A DNA stretch of 64,000 nt from the human T2T-CHM13v2.0 reference genome, Homo sapiens (GCF_009914755.1 NC_060930.1); one strand, 5' to 3'; shown: positions 17,184-37,410, counted from the stretch's first letter. Notes: generated by a model from the letters alone, not told the origin. Translations and numbers: made by a program.

Positions 17184-19575
17184 CAGATACACTTCCTTCA
17201 TTGTGTTTCACTTTATTGTGCTTTGCAGTATTGAAAGTTTGTGATGACCCTGTGTGGAACAAGTCTGTCAGCACCATTTTTCTACAGCATGTGCTCACTT
17301 TGTGTCACATTTTGGTAATTCTTAAATTCTTAAACGTGACACTCTGTGTCACATTTTGGTAATTCTTAAAATGTTTCAAACTTTATTGTTATATCTGTCA
17401 TGGTGATCTGTGATCAGTTATTTTTGATGTTACTATTGAATTTGTTTTGGTGTGCCACAAACCATGCCCGTTTAAAATGTCAGACCTAATCAATAAACAT
17501 TGTATGTGTCCTGACTCCTCCATTGACCAGCTGTTCCCTCATCTCTTTTCCTTTCCTTGGTCCTTGCTATGTCCTGAGACACAATAATATTGAAATGAAG
17601 CCATTTATAATACTACTACTACAGTGACCTCTATGTGTTCAAGTGAAAGGAAGAGTCACATGCCTCTCAGGTTCAATAAAAAGCTAGAAGTGATTAAGTA
17701 TAGTAAGGAAGGCATGTTGAAAGCCGAGATAGGCCAAAAGCTAGGAGGCCTCTTGTGCCAAACAGGCAGGTGGTGAATGCAAAGGAAATGTTCTTGAAGG
17801 AAATGAAAAGTGCTACTCTGGTGAACATATGAATGATAAGAAAGCAAAAAGCTTTTTGCTGATATGGAGAAAGTTTGAGTGGTTTGGATAGAAGATCACA
17901 CCAGCCACAGCATTGCCTTGAGCCAAAGGCTAATCCAGAGCACATCTCTTACTCTCTTCAATTCTGTGAAGGCTGAGAGAGGTGAGGAAGCTACAGAAGA
18001 ATAATCGGAAGCTAGCAGAGGTTGGTTCGTGAGGTGTAAGGAAGAAGCCATCTCTATAAAATGCATCAGCAACAAGTGCTGATGCAGATGCTGCAGCAGG
18101 TTATCCAGATCTAGCTAAAATCACTAATGAAGGTGGCTACACTAAACAACAGATTTTCAATGAAGATGAAACCACCTTTTATTGAAATAAGATGCCATCT
18201 AGGACTTTGATTGCTAGAGAGGAGAAGTCAGTGCCTGGCTTCAAAGCTTCAAAGGACAGCCTGACTTGTTAGGGGCTTACGCAGTTGGTGATTTTAAAGT
18301 TGAAGCCAGTGCTCATTTATCATTCTGAAAATCCTAGGGTCCATAAGAATTATGCTAAACCTACTCTGCCTGTACTCTAGAAATGGAACAACAAAGCCTG
18401 GATGATAGCACATCTGTTTACAGCATGGTTTACTGAATATTTTAAGCCTACTGTTGAGACATACTACTCAAAAAAGAAAAAAAGATTTCTTTGAAAATAT
18501 TACTGCTTATTCACAGAGCACCTAGTCACACAAGAGCTCTGAAGGAGAGGTACAAGGAAATTAATGTTTTCAAGCCTGCCAATACAATACACATTCTGTA
18601 GCCCATGGATCAAGGACTAATTTTGACTTTCAAGTCTTATTATTTGAGAAATACATTTTGTAAGGCTATAGCTGCCATAGATAGTGATTCCATAGATAGT
18701 GATGGATCTGGGCAAAGTAAATTAAAAACCTTCTGGAAAGGATTCATCATTCTAGATGCCATTAACATTTGTGATTCAAGGGAGGAGGTGAAAATACCAA
18801 CATTAACAGGAGTTTGGAAGAAATTGGTTCCAACACTCATCATTGTCTTTGAGAGGTTTAGGACTTCAGTGGATAGTGTAGCTGCAGATGTGGTGGAAAG
18901 GACTAGTATTAGAAGTGGAACCTGAAGATGTGACTGAATTGCTACAATCTCATGACAAAACTTGAACAGATAAGTTACTTCTTATGGGTGAGAAAAGAAA
19001 GTGGTTTGAGATTGAATCTACTCCTGGTGAAGCATTGTTGAAATGACAACAAAGGATTTAGAATATTACATAAACGTAGTTGATAAAGCAGCAGCAGGTT
19101 TGAGATGATTGACTACAATTTTGAAAGAAGTTCTACTCTGGGTAAAATGCTATCAAACAACATTGCATGCTACACAGAAATCTTTTGTGAAAGGAAGAGT
19201 CAATCAAGGTGGCCAACATTACTGTTGTCTTATTTTAAGCAACTGCCACAGCCACCGAAACCTTCAGCAACCACCACATTGATTAGTCAGCATCGTTCAA
19301 CATCGCAGGAAGCCCCTCTACCAGCAAAAAGATCACAACTCTCTGAAGGATCAGATGATTATTAGCATGTATTAGCAATAAAGTATTTTTAAATTAAGAT
19401 ATATACTTTTTTAGACACAATGCTTATGTACGATTAATAGACTACATAGTATAGTGTAAACATGACTTTCACATGCACTCGGAAGCCAAGAAATTTCTGT
19501 GACTTGCTTTATTGTGATATTTGCCTTATTGTGGTGGTCTGGAACTGAACCTGCAATATCTCTGAGGTAGGCCTA
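17184..19575 (+). mobile_element. Near full-length, decayed Tigger1 (pogo-like) DNA transposon
   Basis: About 2.4 kb, with a TA-flanked CAG.. start and a ...ATATCTCTGAGGTAGGCCT end. ORF 18605-18925 ([28 protein letters not shown]...KLKTFWKGF) is a Tigger transposase DDE fragment. Confidence 0.9.
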
Positions 19576-20554
19576 TGTTTAAATGAGGTGGGCTTTGCCT
19601 TTTATTATCAAAATAATTATCTGTAGTTTGGAATAGGGTGATGATGAGTTAAAGAGAAAACATCTTCTGTCTTGAAACCCCCTCCTTGTCAAAACAGATA
19701 TTCATTCTCTAAAAGACTGGCACTGTGTCCTTTTTCAGGCAACAAGAAAGAGAAAGTAGATTGGAAAATGAGAGAAAATCAAGAGGCTAATGAAACCATG
19801 TGGTAGCCTTTTGGGACAGTGTCAGAGAGATAGAAAATCTCAGACAGTTCCCCAAATAAATAAATTCAGTGTATGATTTTTCCAGCCTACATATCATTAC
19901 TAGCTTTGAAATGTTTTTAAACAATCTTTGTTGATGAAATTCAGTGAGATTTCTGCATTTACATTAGATTCCAAATCTGTTAAAAGGAGTCTCAAAACTC
20001 TGTTAGGTATTTGTAGTCAGTTTAATTGCATTTGTTATAACTGCAATATTATATTGAAGTGCTGTTCAACCAAATACATAGAAAATGCTGTAAAATAGTG
20101 TGTAGAACAATCCAAGTGAGTCAACTTTTGTGACAATGTCTTTAATCGATGTAAGCTTCCTTCTCTAACTTTCTTGAATTACTGACTTTTTTTCAGTATC
20201 ATCCTATAAAAACTCTTCAGGTTTCCTATGTTTCAGTGTAGCTGATTTATACTGATTGTAGGTTTGGTTCAGGAGGACACTCAAAAGTCCTGCAGGATGT
20301 GGAAGAATTCTTTGTAGTGTGGGACTGTCCCACATATTTCAAGATGCCTAGCATCTCTGGCCTCACCCTCTGAATGGCATCGGCTTGAGGTGGTGGTGGA
20401 CTTCATTGTTATAACCAGAAAGGTTCCCACAAGTTTACAAAATGCCCTGAGGGGCTGGGACTACCGGTCTACAGCGTGGTATTCAACACCCTTCACAACT
20501 GGATTCCTTACCATGTGAAAACAAAGAGGCTATTTTCTTTTTTTGTCTTTTTAG

Positions 20555-20684
20555 ACATTGGTGAAGACTGAGGAAGAAACAGCCCAGGCCGTTGCTGCAG
20601 AGAAGTGGTCACATCTGAGTCTGACTCGGAGGAACCTCTGTGGGAACTCAGCTGAGGAGACAGTTATGAGCCTCAGTCCGATGA
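20555..20684 (+). CDS. PGBD1: PGBD1 exon 5 (degenerate KRAB-A-like)
   Basis: ttttag|ACA...ATGA|gtaagg; 130 nt, phase 0-1; encodes TLVKTEEETAQAVAAEKWSHLSLTRRNLCGNSAEETVMSLSPM. Confidence 0.9.
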
Positions 20685-21107
20685 GTAAGGCCAGGCCTCT
20701 GGCTGGACCCCTGTCTGGACTCTCATTTTCCTGTCACTCACCCTGGCTTGGCCCTTGGGAGGCCACGTTTCCTACAGACCCACACCCTTCCTTTCCCTTC
20801 TTCTGGCCTCTGCCTCCAGACTTCTAGCCCTTATCACTTTGCATCCTTCCCAATCACATTTTCTTCTGTTACTAATCAGTTTACTGATTGTTGTGGTTAT
20901 CTTCTCTGATCATCTCTTCTAGTTCCCTGATTCCTTCAGTGACTCCTTTGTATCCTTTTCCCCTTTTTTCTTCCCTGTCAAGGATTCCATATAACTTGTC
21001 TTTCAGATATCCCTTCATACTTGGAAGCCCCATGAACACCTCTGTCTGACCTTGTCTTTACCTCAGAGGAGGTCATCTTCACTCTCTAAGAACACGACAG
21101 TTCATGT

Positions 21108-21363
21108 TTATTTTATTTTTTTTAGTTTTTTTAAAGATGGGGTCTCGCTTTGTTGCCCATGCTGGAGCATAGTGGCACGGTGATAGTTCACTGCAGCCTC
21201 AAACTCCTGGGCTCAACTGATCCTCCCACCTCAGCCTTCTAAAAAGCTGGGGCTACACCCAGGTAATTTTTTGTAGACACGGAGTCTCGCTATGTTGCCC
21301 AGGCTGGTCTTGAACTCCTGGCCTGAAGCAGTCCTTCCACCTTGGCCTCCCAAAGCACCCAGC
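21108..21363 (-). mobile_element. Alu (J-like, internally deleted)
   Basis: Reverse Alu consensus after a T-rich tail. Confidence 0.85.
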
Positions 21364-21623
21364 CTAATTTTCTTGAAATGTGCTCTGCCCTGTTGGGCCC
21401 TCTCTGCAGCTGGGCTTTGGTGCCTTAATTAACCTTTCTTATCATTTTCCCATACCATGCCACATTTTGTAGGATTGCTGAAACTGTGCACCCTTGAAAC
21501 ACCAATATAATTTGTTTTTTGTTTGATTTGGAACATCTATTCCCTACCCTGGAAGTTTTTTTTTTTTTTTTTTTCAAAATTCACATAACAGATGACATTT
21601 AAATCATTAATGTTATATTTTAG

Positions 21624-21720
21624 CTGAAGAAATTGTAACTAAAGATAGATTGTTTAAAGCAAAGCAAGAAACTTCTGAAGAAATGGAACAAAGTGGAGAA
21701 GCCTCAGGAAAGCCCAACAG
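21624..21720 (+). CDS. PGBD1: PGBD1 exon 6
   Basis: ttttag|CT...AACAG|gtgagt; encodes TEEIVTKDRLFKAKQETSEEMEQSGEASGKPNR. Confidence 0.9.
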
Positions 21721-22121
21721 GTGAGTGTCCATGGTCCTCAGTGAATCAAATCCTGCAGATATAAGAAATTGGAATGGAATCAGAGAAACCAATTGGTCAA
21801 AGGCCTGCTTCTCTGGAATAAGATATGACAACTGCCACTCACTTCTGTGATCATAGGAGGTCCATGCCAAGAAAGTGACCTATTCAAAATTTTCAATATG
21901 CAATAAATATACAAAACCTTCAGTTGATACTCAGTTTCCTCCAAGAAGCCTATCCTGATCCAGTCTGTCCTGCTTGATTACCCTTCCCTGGGCTCCCTTA
22001 CATTTTTATGGAGCTGTGGAGAAGCTAGAAGGCAGATAATTTAACAAGAATGAGGGCTACAGATGAAGCTGCCATGACAGTTAAGAAAGAAATGTCAGAG
22101 CGGAAGAGGACAAGCAGGGTA

Positions 22122-22337
22122 CAGGTTGAGCATTCCAAATCTGAAATGTTCCAAAATCTGAGCTGTTTGAGCACCAGCATGATGCTCAAAGGAAATGCTC
22201 ATTGGAGCATTTTGGATTTTGGATCTTTGGTTAGGGATGCCCAACTGGTATAATGCAAATATTCCAAAATCTGAAAAAAATCCAAAATTCAAAAATCTTC
22301 TGACCCCAAGCATTTCAGATAAGGGAAAATTAACCTG
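22122..22337 (+). mobile_element. Tigger4a/Zombi-type MITE
   Basis: TA|CAGGTTGAGCAT...AACCTG|TA termini and the internal palindromic GGAAATGCTCATTGGAGCATTT. Confidence 0.85.
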
Positions 22338-22479
22338 TATTTTCAACCGCCATTGGGAGACCTGAACAAGGTATAGGTCAAAAGGAAAGTTAGCTGATGA
22401 AGTAGAAATGAATGACAGTGGTGTGTGCTTCATAAGTGCTGGTTGTGGGAATGAATGAACTTGTAACAGATACTCCTAT

Positions 22480-22540
22480 GCAAAGCAAGAAACTTCTGAA
22501 GAAATGGAACAAGGTGGAGAAGCCTCGGGAATGCCCAACA
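22480..22540 (+). repeat. Intronic direct copy of the 3' 61 nt of PGBD1 exon 6
   Basis: 58/61 nt identical to 21659-21719. Confidence 0.9.
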
Positions 22541-23450
22541 TTCCGAGGCTTCTCAGGATTGCAGAAAGAGAGGGAACAAATCACAAGCAGAGGGTTGGCT
22601 TCTGGTGAGGCCATTTGGTCCTCAGAGACTTGAGAAAAGAGAGAGTAAGCAAGGTGGGCTACTTGGCCAAAGAGCTGAGAAGGGGGTGTGAATTTTCCTT
22701 ATTGACATTTGTTTAACTTAGAGAAACTGGGAGCTAAATCTCAGCTAAAGTAGAAATGTCTTAAAGCTCAAGAGGAGAAGTGAAATTTTGCATTAAGATT
22801 AGTGAAGACTGAGCCAGGCTCCACTAAAGGAAGAGATATGATGTTCAGTAACTTAGAGCAGAGTTATGCAACTGGAGAATAGGAATCTGCTATTGTGCCT
22901 GTAGGTACATTTAGTATCAGGCAACTAACAGGTAATTCATAGTGCCTATAATAAAGATATTCATATAACAAAAAGTGTGAAGGTAGGCTATTTCAGGTTA
23001 GGTGCAATAGCTTAACCATGGTATCAAAGGTCTAGCCCCCTGCCCTCCTTCTAGTCCCCCTCCCTCATCCCCACCCCACTTTCTTAGCTCACTCTTTTTT
23101 CCCATTTCTCACTCCCATTTCCTTCCCTCACAATATTGGGCTTAATGCACTGTGGTTCTTAGAGTTTAGATGTCAACAGTAGAAAGACTCAGTGTGATCA
23201 AGGAATGTCACTGAAGTTATGGATGTCAGGGAACTTTAAGATGGATGTGTTGAATACATGCAGACACTGAAGACACCCTGGATGATAAACACTTTACATA
23301 AAGAAATGTATGTAGTGTAAATTATATTAAAATATACTCTTCATGCTTCTTAAATGTCTTTGAAAACTTGACTAGTTTACCAACAGAACACTAATAAATT
23401 AAATGCACATGTCTAAAAATTAAAAACTTTGTGTAAAATAATACTTTTCA

Positions 23451-23777
<327 letters not shown>

Positions 23778-24452
23778 TTACTTCCTTGTAAACCCCATAA
23801 AAATCAGTCCAAGTGCAATGAGTTGAGTTTCATTTGTTTTTCCCCAGAGTAGTATGTCCATCAGATGAATGTAGAACTAGCAGGGGCTAAGTCCTTCCAT
23901 GTTCAGAAATTCTGTGAGAGATGTCAGAAGACCTGGTAAATAATAACCTTTTTTTCTTGTTCAGATTCAGAACCAATTGACAGGGATGCAGGAGTAAAAT
24001 AGATGGTTCTGGAAACCTCAGTTTCTTACTGACAGAAGTTAGACTGGATAAAAACGGCTTAAAGGCAGAGCTAAATAGGCTTGTACTGGCAGAGGAGGAG
24101 TGTAGCAGATGTCCCTCTGCATAGGTCTTCTCAATGCAACTTGGGGCACCAAGGAGCATGGGATGTCTGCATCCTGCTCCTAAAGAGGACAGAGGGAGGA
24201 GTGTACCAAGGATACTCAGTTATTTCTCCCAGGCTCAACAGTTAGTTCCATCCTGAGGAGTGAGTGAGAGGTGGAGAGTGGCTAGAAATGTTTAATCTAG
24301 CCAAAGTCCTCCCCATGGAAACTTAAGAGAAATAAGTAAGTATCCCCCCACACCCACCCCAAGCCCCAAAAGATTTAAGCTTCAGCAGATTTATCATGTG
24401 TGAGAGAATATGATTGAGGATTTTTATAACATGTTCTTTTTTTCTTTCTCAG

Positions 24453-26013
24453 AGAGTGTGCACCCCAGATTCCTTGTAGTACTCCTATTGCTACTGAAAG
24501 GACAGTTGCACATTTGAACACTCTGAAGGACCGTCACCCAGGTGATTTGTGGGCCCGCATGCACATCTCATCCCTGGAATATGCTGCAGGAGACATTACC
24601 CGAAAAGGGAGAAAAAAAGACAAAGCTCGAGTGAGTGAACTGCTCCAAGGCCTCTCATTCTCTGGTGACTCAGATGTGGAAAAAGATAATGAGCCTGAGA
24701 TCCAGCCTGCTCAAAAGAAGTTAAAGGTATCATGTTTCCCAGAAAAGAGTTGGACCAAAAGAGACATTAAACCCAATTTTCCAAGCTGGTCAGCACTGGA
24801 TTCTGGACTTTTGAATCTCAAGAGCGAAAAGTTGAACCCAGTAGAGCTTTTTGAATTATTTTTTGATGATGAAACATTCAACTTAATTGTCAATGAAACC
24901 AATAATTATGCTTCTCAGAAAAATGTCAGCTTGGAAGTCACAGTTCAGGAAATGAGGTGTGTGTTTGGTGTCTTACTTTTGAGTGGATTTATGAGGCATC
25001 CTAGAAGGGAAATGTATTGGGAAGTCTCTGACACCGATCAGAACCTGGTTAGAGATGCAATCAGAAGGGACAGATTTGAATTGATTTTCTCAAACCTGCA
25101 CTTTGCAGATAATGGCCACCTAGATCAAAAAGATAAGTTTACAAAGTTGAGACCTCTCATAAAACAAATGAATAAAAATTTCCTCTTGTATGCTCCCCTG
25201 GAAGAATACTATTGCTTTGATAAGTCAATGTGTGAATGCTTTGATAGTGACCAATTCCTGAATGGAAAGCCTATTAGAATTGGCTATAAAATTTGGTGTG
25301 GTACAACCACACAGGGTTATCTGGTTTGGTTTGAACCCTATCAAGAAGAATCAACTATGAAGGTAGATGAGGATCCTGATCTTGGGTTAGGTGGAAATCT
25401 AGTGATGAACTTCGCTGATGTTCTTTTAGAGAGAGGTCAGTATCCCTATCACCTGTGTTTTGATAGCTTCTTTACAAGTGTCAAATTGTTGTCAGCCTTG
25501 AAAAAGAAGGGGGTGAGGGCAACAGGAACAATTCGTGAGAACAGGACCGAAAAATGTCCCCTTATGAATGTAGAACATATGAAAAAAATGAAGAGAGGGT
25601 ATTTTGATTTCCGAGTAGAAGAAAACAATGAGATAATTTTGTGTCGTTGGTATGGGGATGGCATTATCAGTCTGTGCTCCAATGCTGTGGGCATAGAACC
25701 AGTCAATGAGGTAAGCTGTTGTGATGCTGATAACGAAGAAATCCCTCAGATAAGTCAACCATCCATAGTAAAAGTGTATGATGAATGCAAGGAAGGTGTA
25801 GCTAAAATGGATCAAATTATTTCGAAATACAGGGTGAGGATAAGAAGCAAGAAATGGTACTCAATTTTGGTGAGCTACATGATTGATGTAGCCATGAACA
25901 ATGCATGGCAACTACACAGAGCCTGTAACCCAGGTGCTTCTCTAGACCCCTTGGATTTTCGGAGATTTGTTGCACATTTCTACTTGGAACACAATGCTGA
26001 TCTGTCAGATTAG
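24453..26013 (+). CDS. PGBD1: PGBD1 exon 7: domesticated piggyBac transposase-derived domain
   Basis: Single 1.56-kb uninterrupted exon with piggyBac motifs (LFELFFD, IRRDRFELIFSNLHFADN, KPIRIGYKIW, CFDSFFTS, ATGTIRENR, KKWYSILVSYMIDVAMNNAW); TAG at 26011-26013. Confidence 0.95.
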
Positions 26014-26119
26014 GGTACATAAAATGGACATAGTGCAGACATTAATAAGACATAGAAAAATAATAATTATACATGCTGTTGTACCCTCCCAAAGTAAATC
26101 TGATATATGTAATGAAGTT

Positions 26120-26125
26120 ATTAAA
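26120..26125 (+). terminator. Candidate PGBD1 polyadenylation signal (ATTAAA)
   Basis: First standard hexamer seen after the stop codon. Confidence 0.35.
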
Positions 26126-26292
26126 TAATACTTTTAAAAATCAGACATTTATATAGAGTTTCAAAGACTATTGTAACAAGTAATGTTAAAAATTGTCTGT
26201 GAAAATGTTGAACTGTAGTACCTTTCTCTATGTCAAGTTTTGTGTCAGACATGGGAAATCATGTATTTGTTCAATTGACTACTTTGTGCACT

Positions 26293-26584
26293 TATTTATT
26301 TATTTTTTGAGACACAGTCTCGCTCTGCGGCCAAGCTGGAGTGCAGTGGCACGATCTTGGCTCACTGCAACCTCTGACACCCTAGTTCAAGCGATTCTCC
26401 TGCCTCAGCCTCCCAAGTAGCTGGGATTACAGGCACGTGCTGCCATGCCTAGCTAATTTTTGTATTTTTAGTAGAGACAGGGTTTCACCATGTTGGCCAG
26501 GATGGTCTCGATCTGACCTCGTGATCTGCCTGCCTCGGCCTCCCAAAGTGCTGGGATTACAGGCGTGAGCCACCATGCCCAGCT
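26293..26584 (-). mobile_element. Alu (S-type)
   Basis: Reverse Alu; TSD-like ctactttgtgca / ctattttgtgca. Confidence 0.95.
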
Positions 26585-29526
26585 ATTTTGTGCATTTAAA
26601 GAAGGAAATCCTACCTCTTAAAAAAAATTATCTGGAGAATGCCATTTTTAAGATGCAAGCAATGTTACAGAAACCATAGAATGGTGCTGACTCAATAGTT
26701 CAAACTAGTGACACAGCCTATGAAGTAAGAATGATCTAAACAAAACATAGGTGGTAAGAGACTAAAAACCTTAGCATTGGTGTAAAACTGGATCGGATTG
26801 TGTGTAAGTGAGAAGGGTCAGGCATGGATATTGAAGGAGAGTGCTATAAAGGAAAAACCAGAGGTGAAGCAGTGCCTTTGAATATTGAAATGATAGGTGT
26901 ATCCTATGGTGACTGTGTGAGTTGGCAGCAGAAGTCAGAAGAGTAAAGAAAACCAAGGAAACAGGCAAATCAGGGTAACAAGTAACCAGGAGAGTGAAGG
27001 AAAAGATAGGCATAAAGTCAACATAAAGGCCAAGTTGAAATCACCTGAGGAGATGTCTAGGCTTAAGGCCATCAGTGATAGGTAACTGAAGGAGAAACAC
27101 TTGGAAAAGTGAATGATACGGACTGTGACTCCTTAGTGTTGAAGTCTAGTATTGGTGGATTAGTCTGGAGGGTAGAGAAGACAGGCTCCACCTCATTTCT
27201 GTGAGTTGTAGCCACAACAGCTCTTTGCCTTTCTTTCATATCCTAATATTTACAGTCCCTTTCCTGGCTGGAAGGCAGGTGGTCAGGTTTGAATTCTTTC
27301 AACAGGTATGTTTCTTATGTGGATGACTGGTGAAAGTGTAAGCTGCGTGTAATGTAGTCACAGATTCACCTATTCCATGCAAGATGTTCAAAGAAAATAT
27401 AAGTTCATTATTTCCTGTAATTGATCTGATATTCTTTGTGAAATACATCACCAGCGTGGGTTGGTTTCACTTTTAAATGATGAAGTGTCTGGTGTCTAAG
27501 TATCTCCCCACAAAAGGGTATTAATAGAATGCAGGTTTTAGTTAAATGATGAGTGGTGCAGATAGTAATTGCTAATATAGGCAGGAAATAGTTACAGAAT
27601 AACTTCGTATTTCACTTTCATGTCTGCCCTGATGTTTAGAGCCCTCTAGCCATCCCCACTTGGAAGTTATCAAAGGCTGCACTTTATATCTCCCACATTC
27701 TAAATCTGCTTTTCTCTTCTCCAGGGTTCCATAATTATGTAAATAATATCACTGAACACCCAGGTTATCAAACAAGACACCTAAATGTTACCTGTGACCC
27801 TCTTCTACCACTCACCTCTAATATCTCTTGAATCCATTCACACCATTCTACCTCTTTGCCATCATTCAGACCACAGTTCTGTGATGTTGCTTGACTGCTC
27901 ACCAGACCCTTCCTTGACCCTCCCCCTCCCCAAACCTGTCTCCAAACAATGACTGTGAAAGTTCTGAAGAGCAAATCTGAGCATCAGCTATGCAGCAGAT
28001 AGAAACAGTATGTTATGAAAAAGCATAAATAGTGGACTGTATGTGGGTCTTGGCACCAGAAAGCCTTTGAGTTTCAGCCATGTAACCTTGGGCAGATTAA
28101 CTCTCTGAGCCTAACCCACACTCTCCATGGCACTCAATATACCACTCTACAGTTGAGAAGCAAATGTGGAGCCCAAGGAAAATGGGGAGTGACACCCTAA
28201 GACTGGAGCAGAACTGGCCCATGCTGTACACACCAGTACCTGCCCAGGAAGTGAAGTAAGCTGGAAGGAACCTGGTTCCCTGAAGACTGGAATAGAGTCT
28301 TGAAAATTGCCTACGGCTGAGATTTACATGTGAGGGCAAAAAACTTCTATCTTGGTGAACTCATTGTTACTGGGGGTGGGGTGGGGGTATTTGTTATTCT
28401 CAGCTGAACATAATTCTAAGTGACAGTCACTGATCCATATCAGGTCTCCTAGGTTAGATGAAGTTGGATACAGGAGAACAACTTTGGATGACTCCTAATT
28501 CACACCCACAAAAAAATTGAACAAAAACTTTTAGCATTTGCTACATATGACTGTTCTAAGAGTTTTACAAATATTAAGTTATTAATATCCCCATTCTATG
28601 GATGAGAAAAACATAAGTAGCATTTTAAAAGTCATATAGCTAGTAAGTGGTATAATCCTTGCAGCCAATATTGAGTGCCAATTTGTTTTATGGTTTTTGC
28701 TTCTAGTTTTTATTCCTTTTGGTCTTCTCTTTAAAAAACCCAAAAAAGATCACACTGCAGGAGAGGTCAACACCTTTGTCATTGTGAAAGGGTTAGGAAA
28801 AGACATTACAAAGGTTCCTAGAGATCTGTACCAAGAGAATGACTGTCTACCACACCATTGTACTGAACATCTATGGTACTTCTGCACACACCGTGTTCAC
28901 GGTGCTCCTTAAATACTGCTGCCTTACATGGTAGTTGTTTTTGTTCAGGGCATATCCTTTATTAGACAACAAATTTACAGGGAATCTCTTTTGCAACCCT
29001 CCTTGCAACCAAAACAAGACCTGAAATTTGCTATATTACTCAGCATACTTAGAATACATTGCAATTTGATGGGAAAATTTGGCTATCCAAATACATAGCT
29101 TTATCTTTAAAGTGTACTATAGAACAATGGAATATGAGAGTAACCTTGGAAACAATACAGAATAATTTGGAGTGAGAGATAATGAAGACAAATGGTGACT
29201 TTAAAACATTATTAGGTAAATTTATACCTTAGGAGAGGCCCCAGCATCCTTTACTAATCTGGCTTGCTTCAAGGAACAGTTTCCAACTAAGTCACAGGAC
29301 AGTGACTTTTTAAGGCAGGACAATTCTTCAAGGCAGGACAAACCTCATGATTAAGTTCTCCTGTAGTCCTTACACTGAGGTATCTAATTAGGGATTGTCC
29401 GCTTTTTAATAACTGGATACCAAATTAACATCAGTCTGACTTGCATTTGTGCCTAAACATTCTGACTTAACCCCCAGGCTCAGACTGAACTATTTCCTTA
29501 TTTTATACTATAAAGTTCATTCTTTT

Positions 29527-36022
<6,496 letters not shown>

Positions 36023-36220
36023 TAAAATTCATTCTTTACTGAGGTTTCACTCCCCTGTCATTCAGAGCAAAATGAAAGTGGGACTTCTTGCGCACATGGA
36101 GTTTCTGATGTTGGAAGTCAGAATGAAGAAGGAAGATAGCACCAAATTCAACTGTCTGATAAGTTTTCTCTCCAGGACAAATTTACCAAAGTATTCAGAT
36201 TGACTATATCTGTGGCTCTG

Positions 36221-36223
<3 letters not shown>

Positions 36224-36272
<49 letters not shown>
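36224..36272. repeat. (TG)n microsatellite
   Basis: About 24 TG units. Confidence 0.95.
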
Positions 36273-36275
<3 letters not shown>

Positions 36276-36679
36276 CACATACATATATTTGTCTTCTAAG
36301 GTAGGGATGATGTCAGTGTCAATTCAAGCTCCAGCTCTGTTTTATTTTCCATGCTCCTGCTCCAGCTTGATACACTCTCAGAAATAGGTGACTACCGCTA
36401 TTAGTAAAGTATAGGTTCTGGTCAAAGATATAATTGGTTTATGCTGTAATAGATGCAGTTCTGGTATAAGAATTAAGCTCTTCATTTCTTCTCTTAATGT
36501 TCATATATTGATTAATCCAAACTTATTCAAGTTCTACTCGAAGGTTTTCTTTCCATCACACTACCAATTAGCATCTTTTCTGGGCTTTTTTTTTTTTTTT
36601 TTTTTTTTTTAAATAGAGGGTTCTTATGCCCAAGAAGTGTTGAGATCTGCCCAAACGCATTGCCACATACACACTGATA

Positions 36680-37090
36680 GGGCCTCTCGCCCATGTGGAC
36701 CCGCTGGTGCGGGATGTGGCAGGAACTCTGGCTGAAAGTTTCGTGGCAGCCGCTGCAGTGATCAGGCCTCTCACCTGTGTGTGTACCTGCGGGTGCTGCA
36801 AGCGGGTTAAGCTCCTTAGGAAGCGCTTGCGGCAGCGTTTGCTTGCGTAGGGCCTGCGTGGAGTACCAGATAGACGCTGAGGAAGAAGACGGTTAACTGC
36901 CGGAGGCATGCGCACAGCGGTGGTGCTAAGTGCTTGCTGGGGGAGTGGCCGAAGTCCCTAGGCCCACGCAGGTGCTGGGTCTGGTTGGAGTGCTGCTCCC
37001 ACGCCGACTTCCCCTTGGCGCACTCTTATGGTCTTTCCCTTGCAAGGAAATGCATCCTCGGGTGGATCTGGAGGTCACGTGAACCTTTTT
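36680..37090. promoter_or_regulatory. Orphan CpG-rich promoter/enhancer-like island
   Basis: Local CpG enrichment outside any recognisable repeat; NRF1-like GCATGCGCA at 36906-36914 and E-box GTCACGTGA at ~37074-37082. Confidence 0.5.
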
Positions 37091-37410
37091 TCCCTTGTGG
37101 GTTTGCCCATTCACTGCTTCTGTCTCATTTAGGACTGAAAAACTTTGATTCGAGGTCTGCATAGGATTGCTTTAGGGGGTTTCACTTATTCAGGTGTTTC
37201 TTGCTTTAAGGCTATTTCACTTGTTGTTGTTGTTGTTGTTGTTCTTAGTCTCCATATCTTCAACCTTAGATTCTGATCTGAAAATATAAAAGAAATTTGT
37301 GAACCGGTCCCCATCTTGGGGGAGAACAGGATGAATCAAGTGAAACAAAAGTGTAGTAAGCTTGAGGGTTGGTAAAGGTGTGCAAGGGATCACTGCCAAA
37401 AACTGAAGGA

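Noticed and set aside
24300-26300. piggyBac terminal inverted repeats or TTAA target duplications around the transposase exon
   Set aside because: No convincing TTAA-CCC...GGG-TTAA termini were seen by eye, so the exon is treated as a domesticated gene rather than a mobile element.
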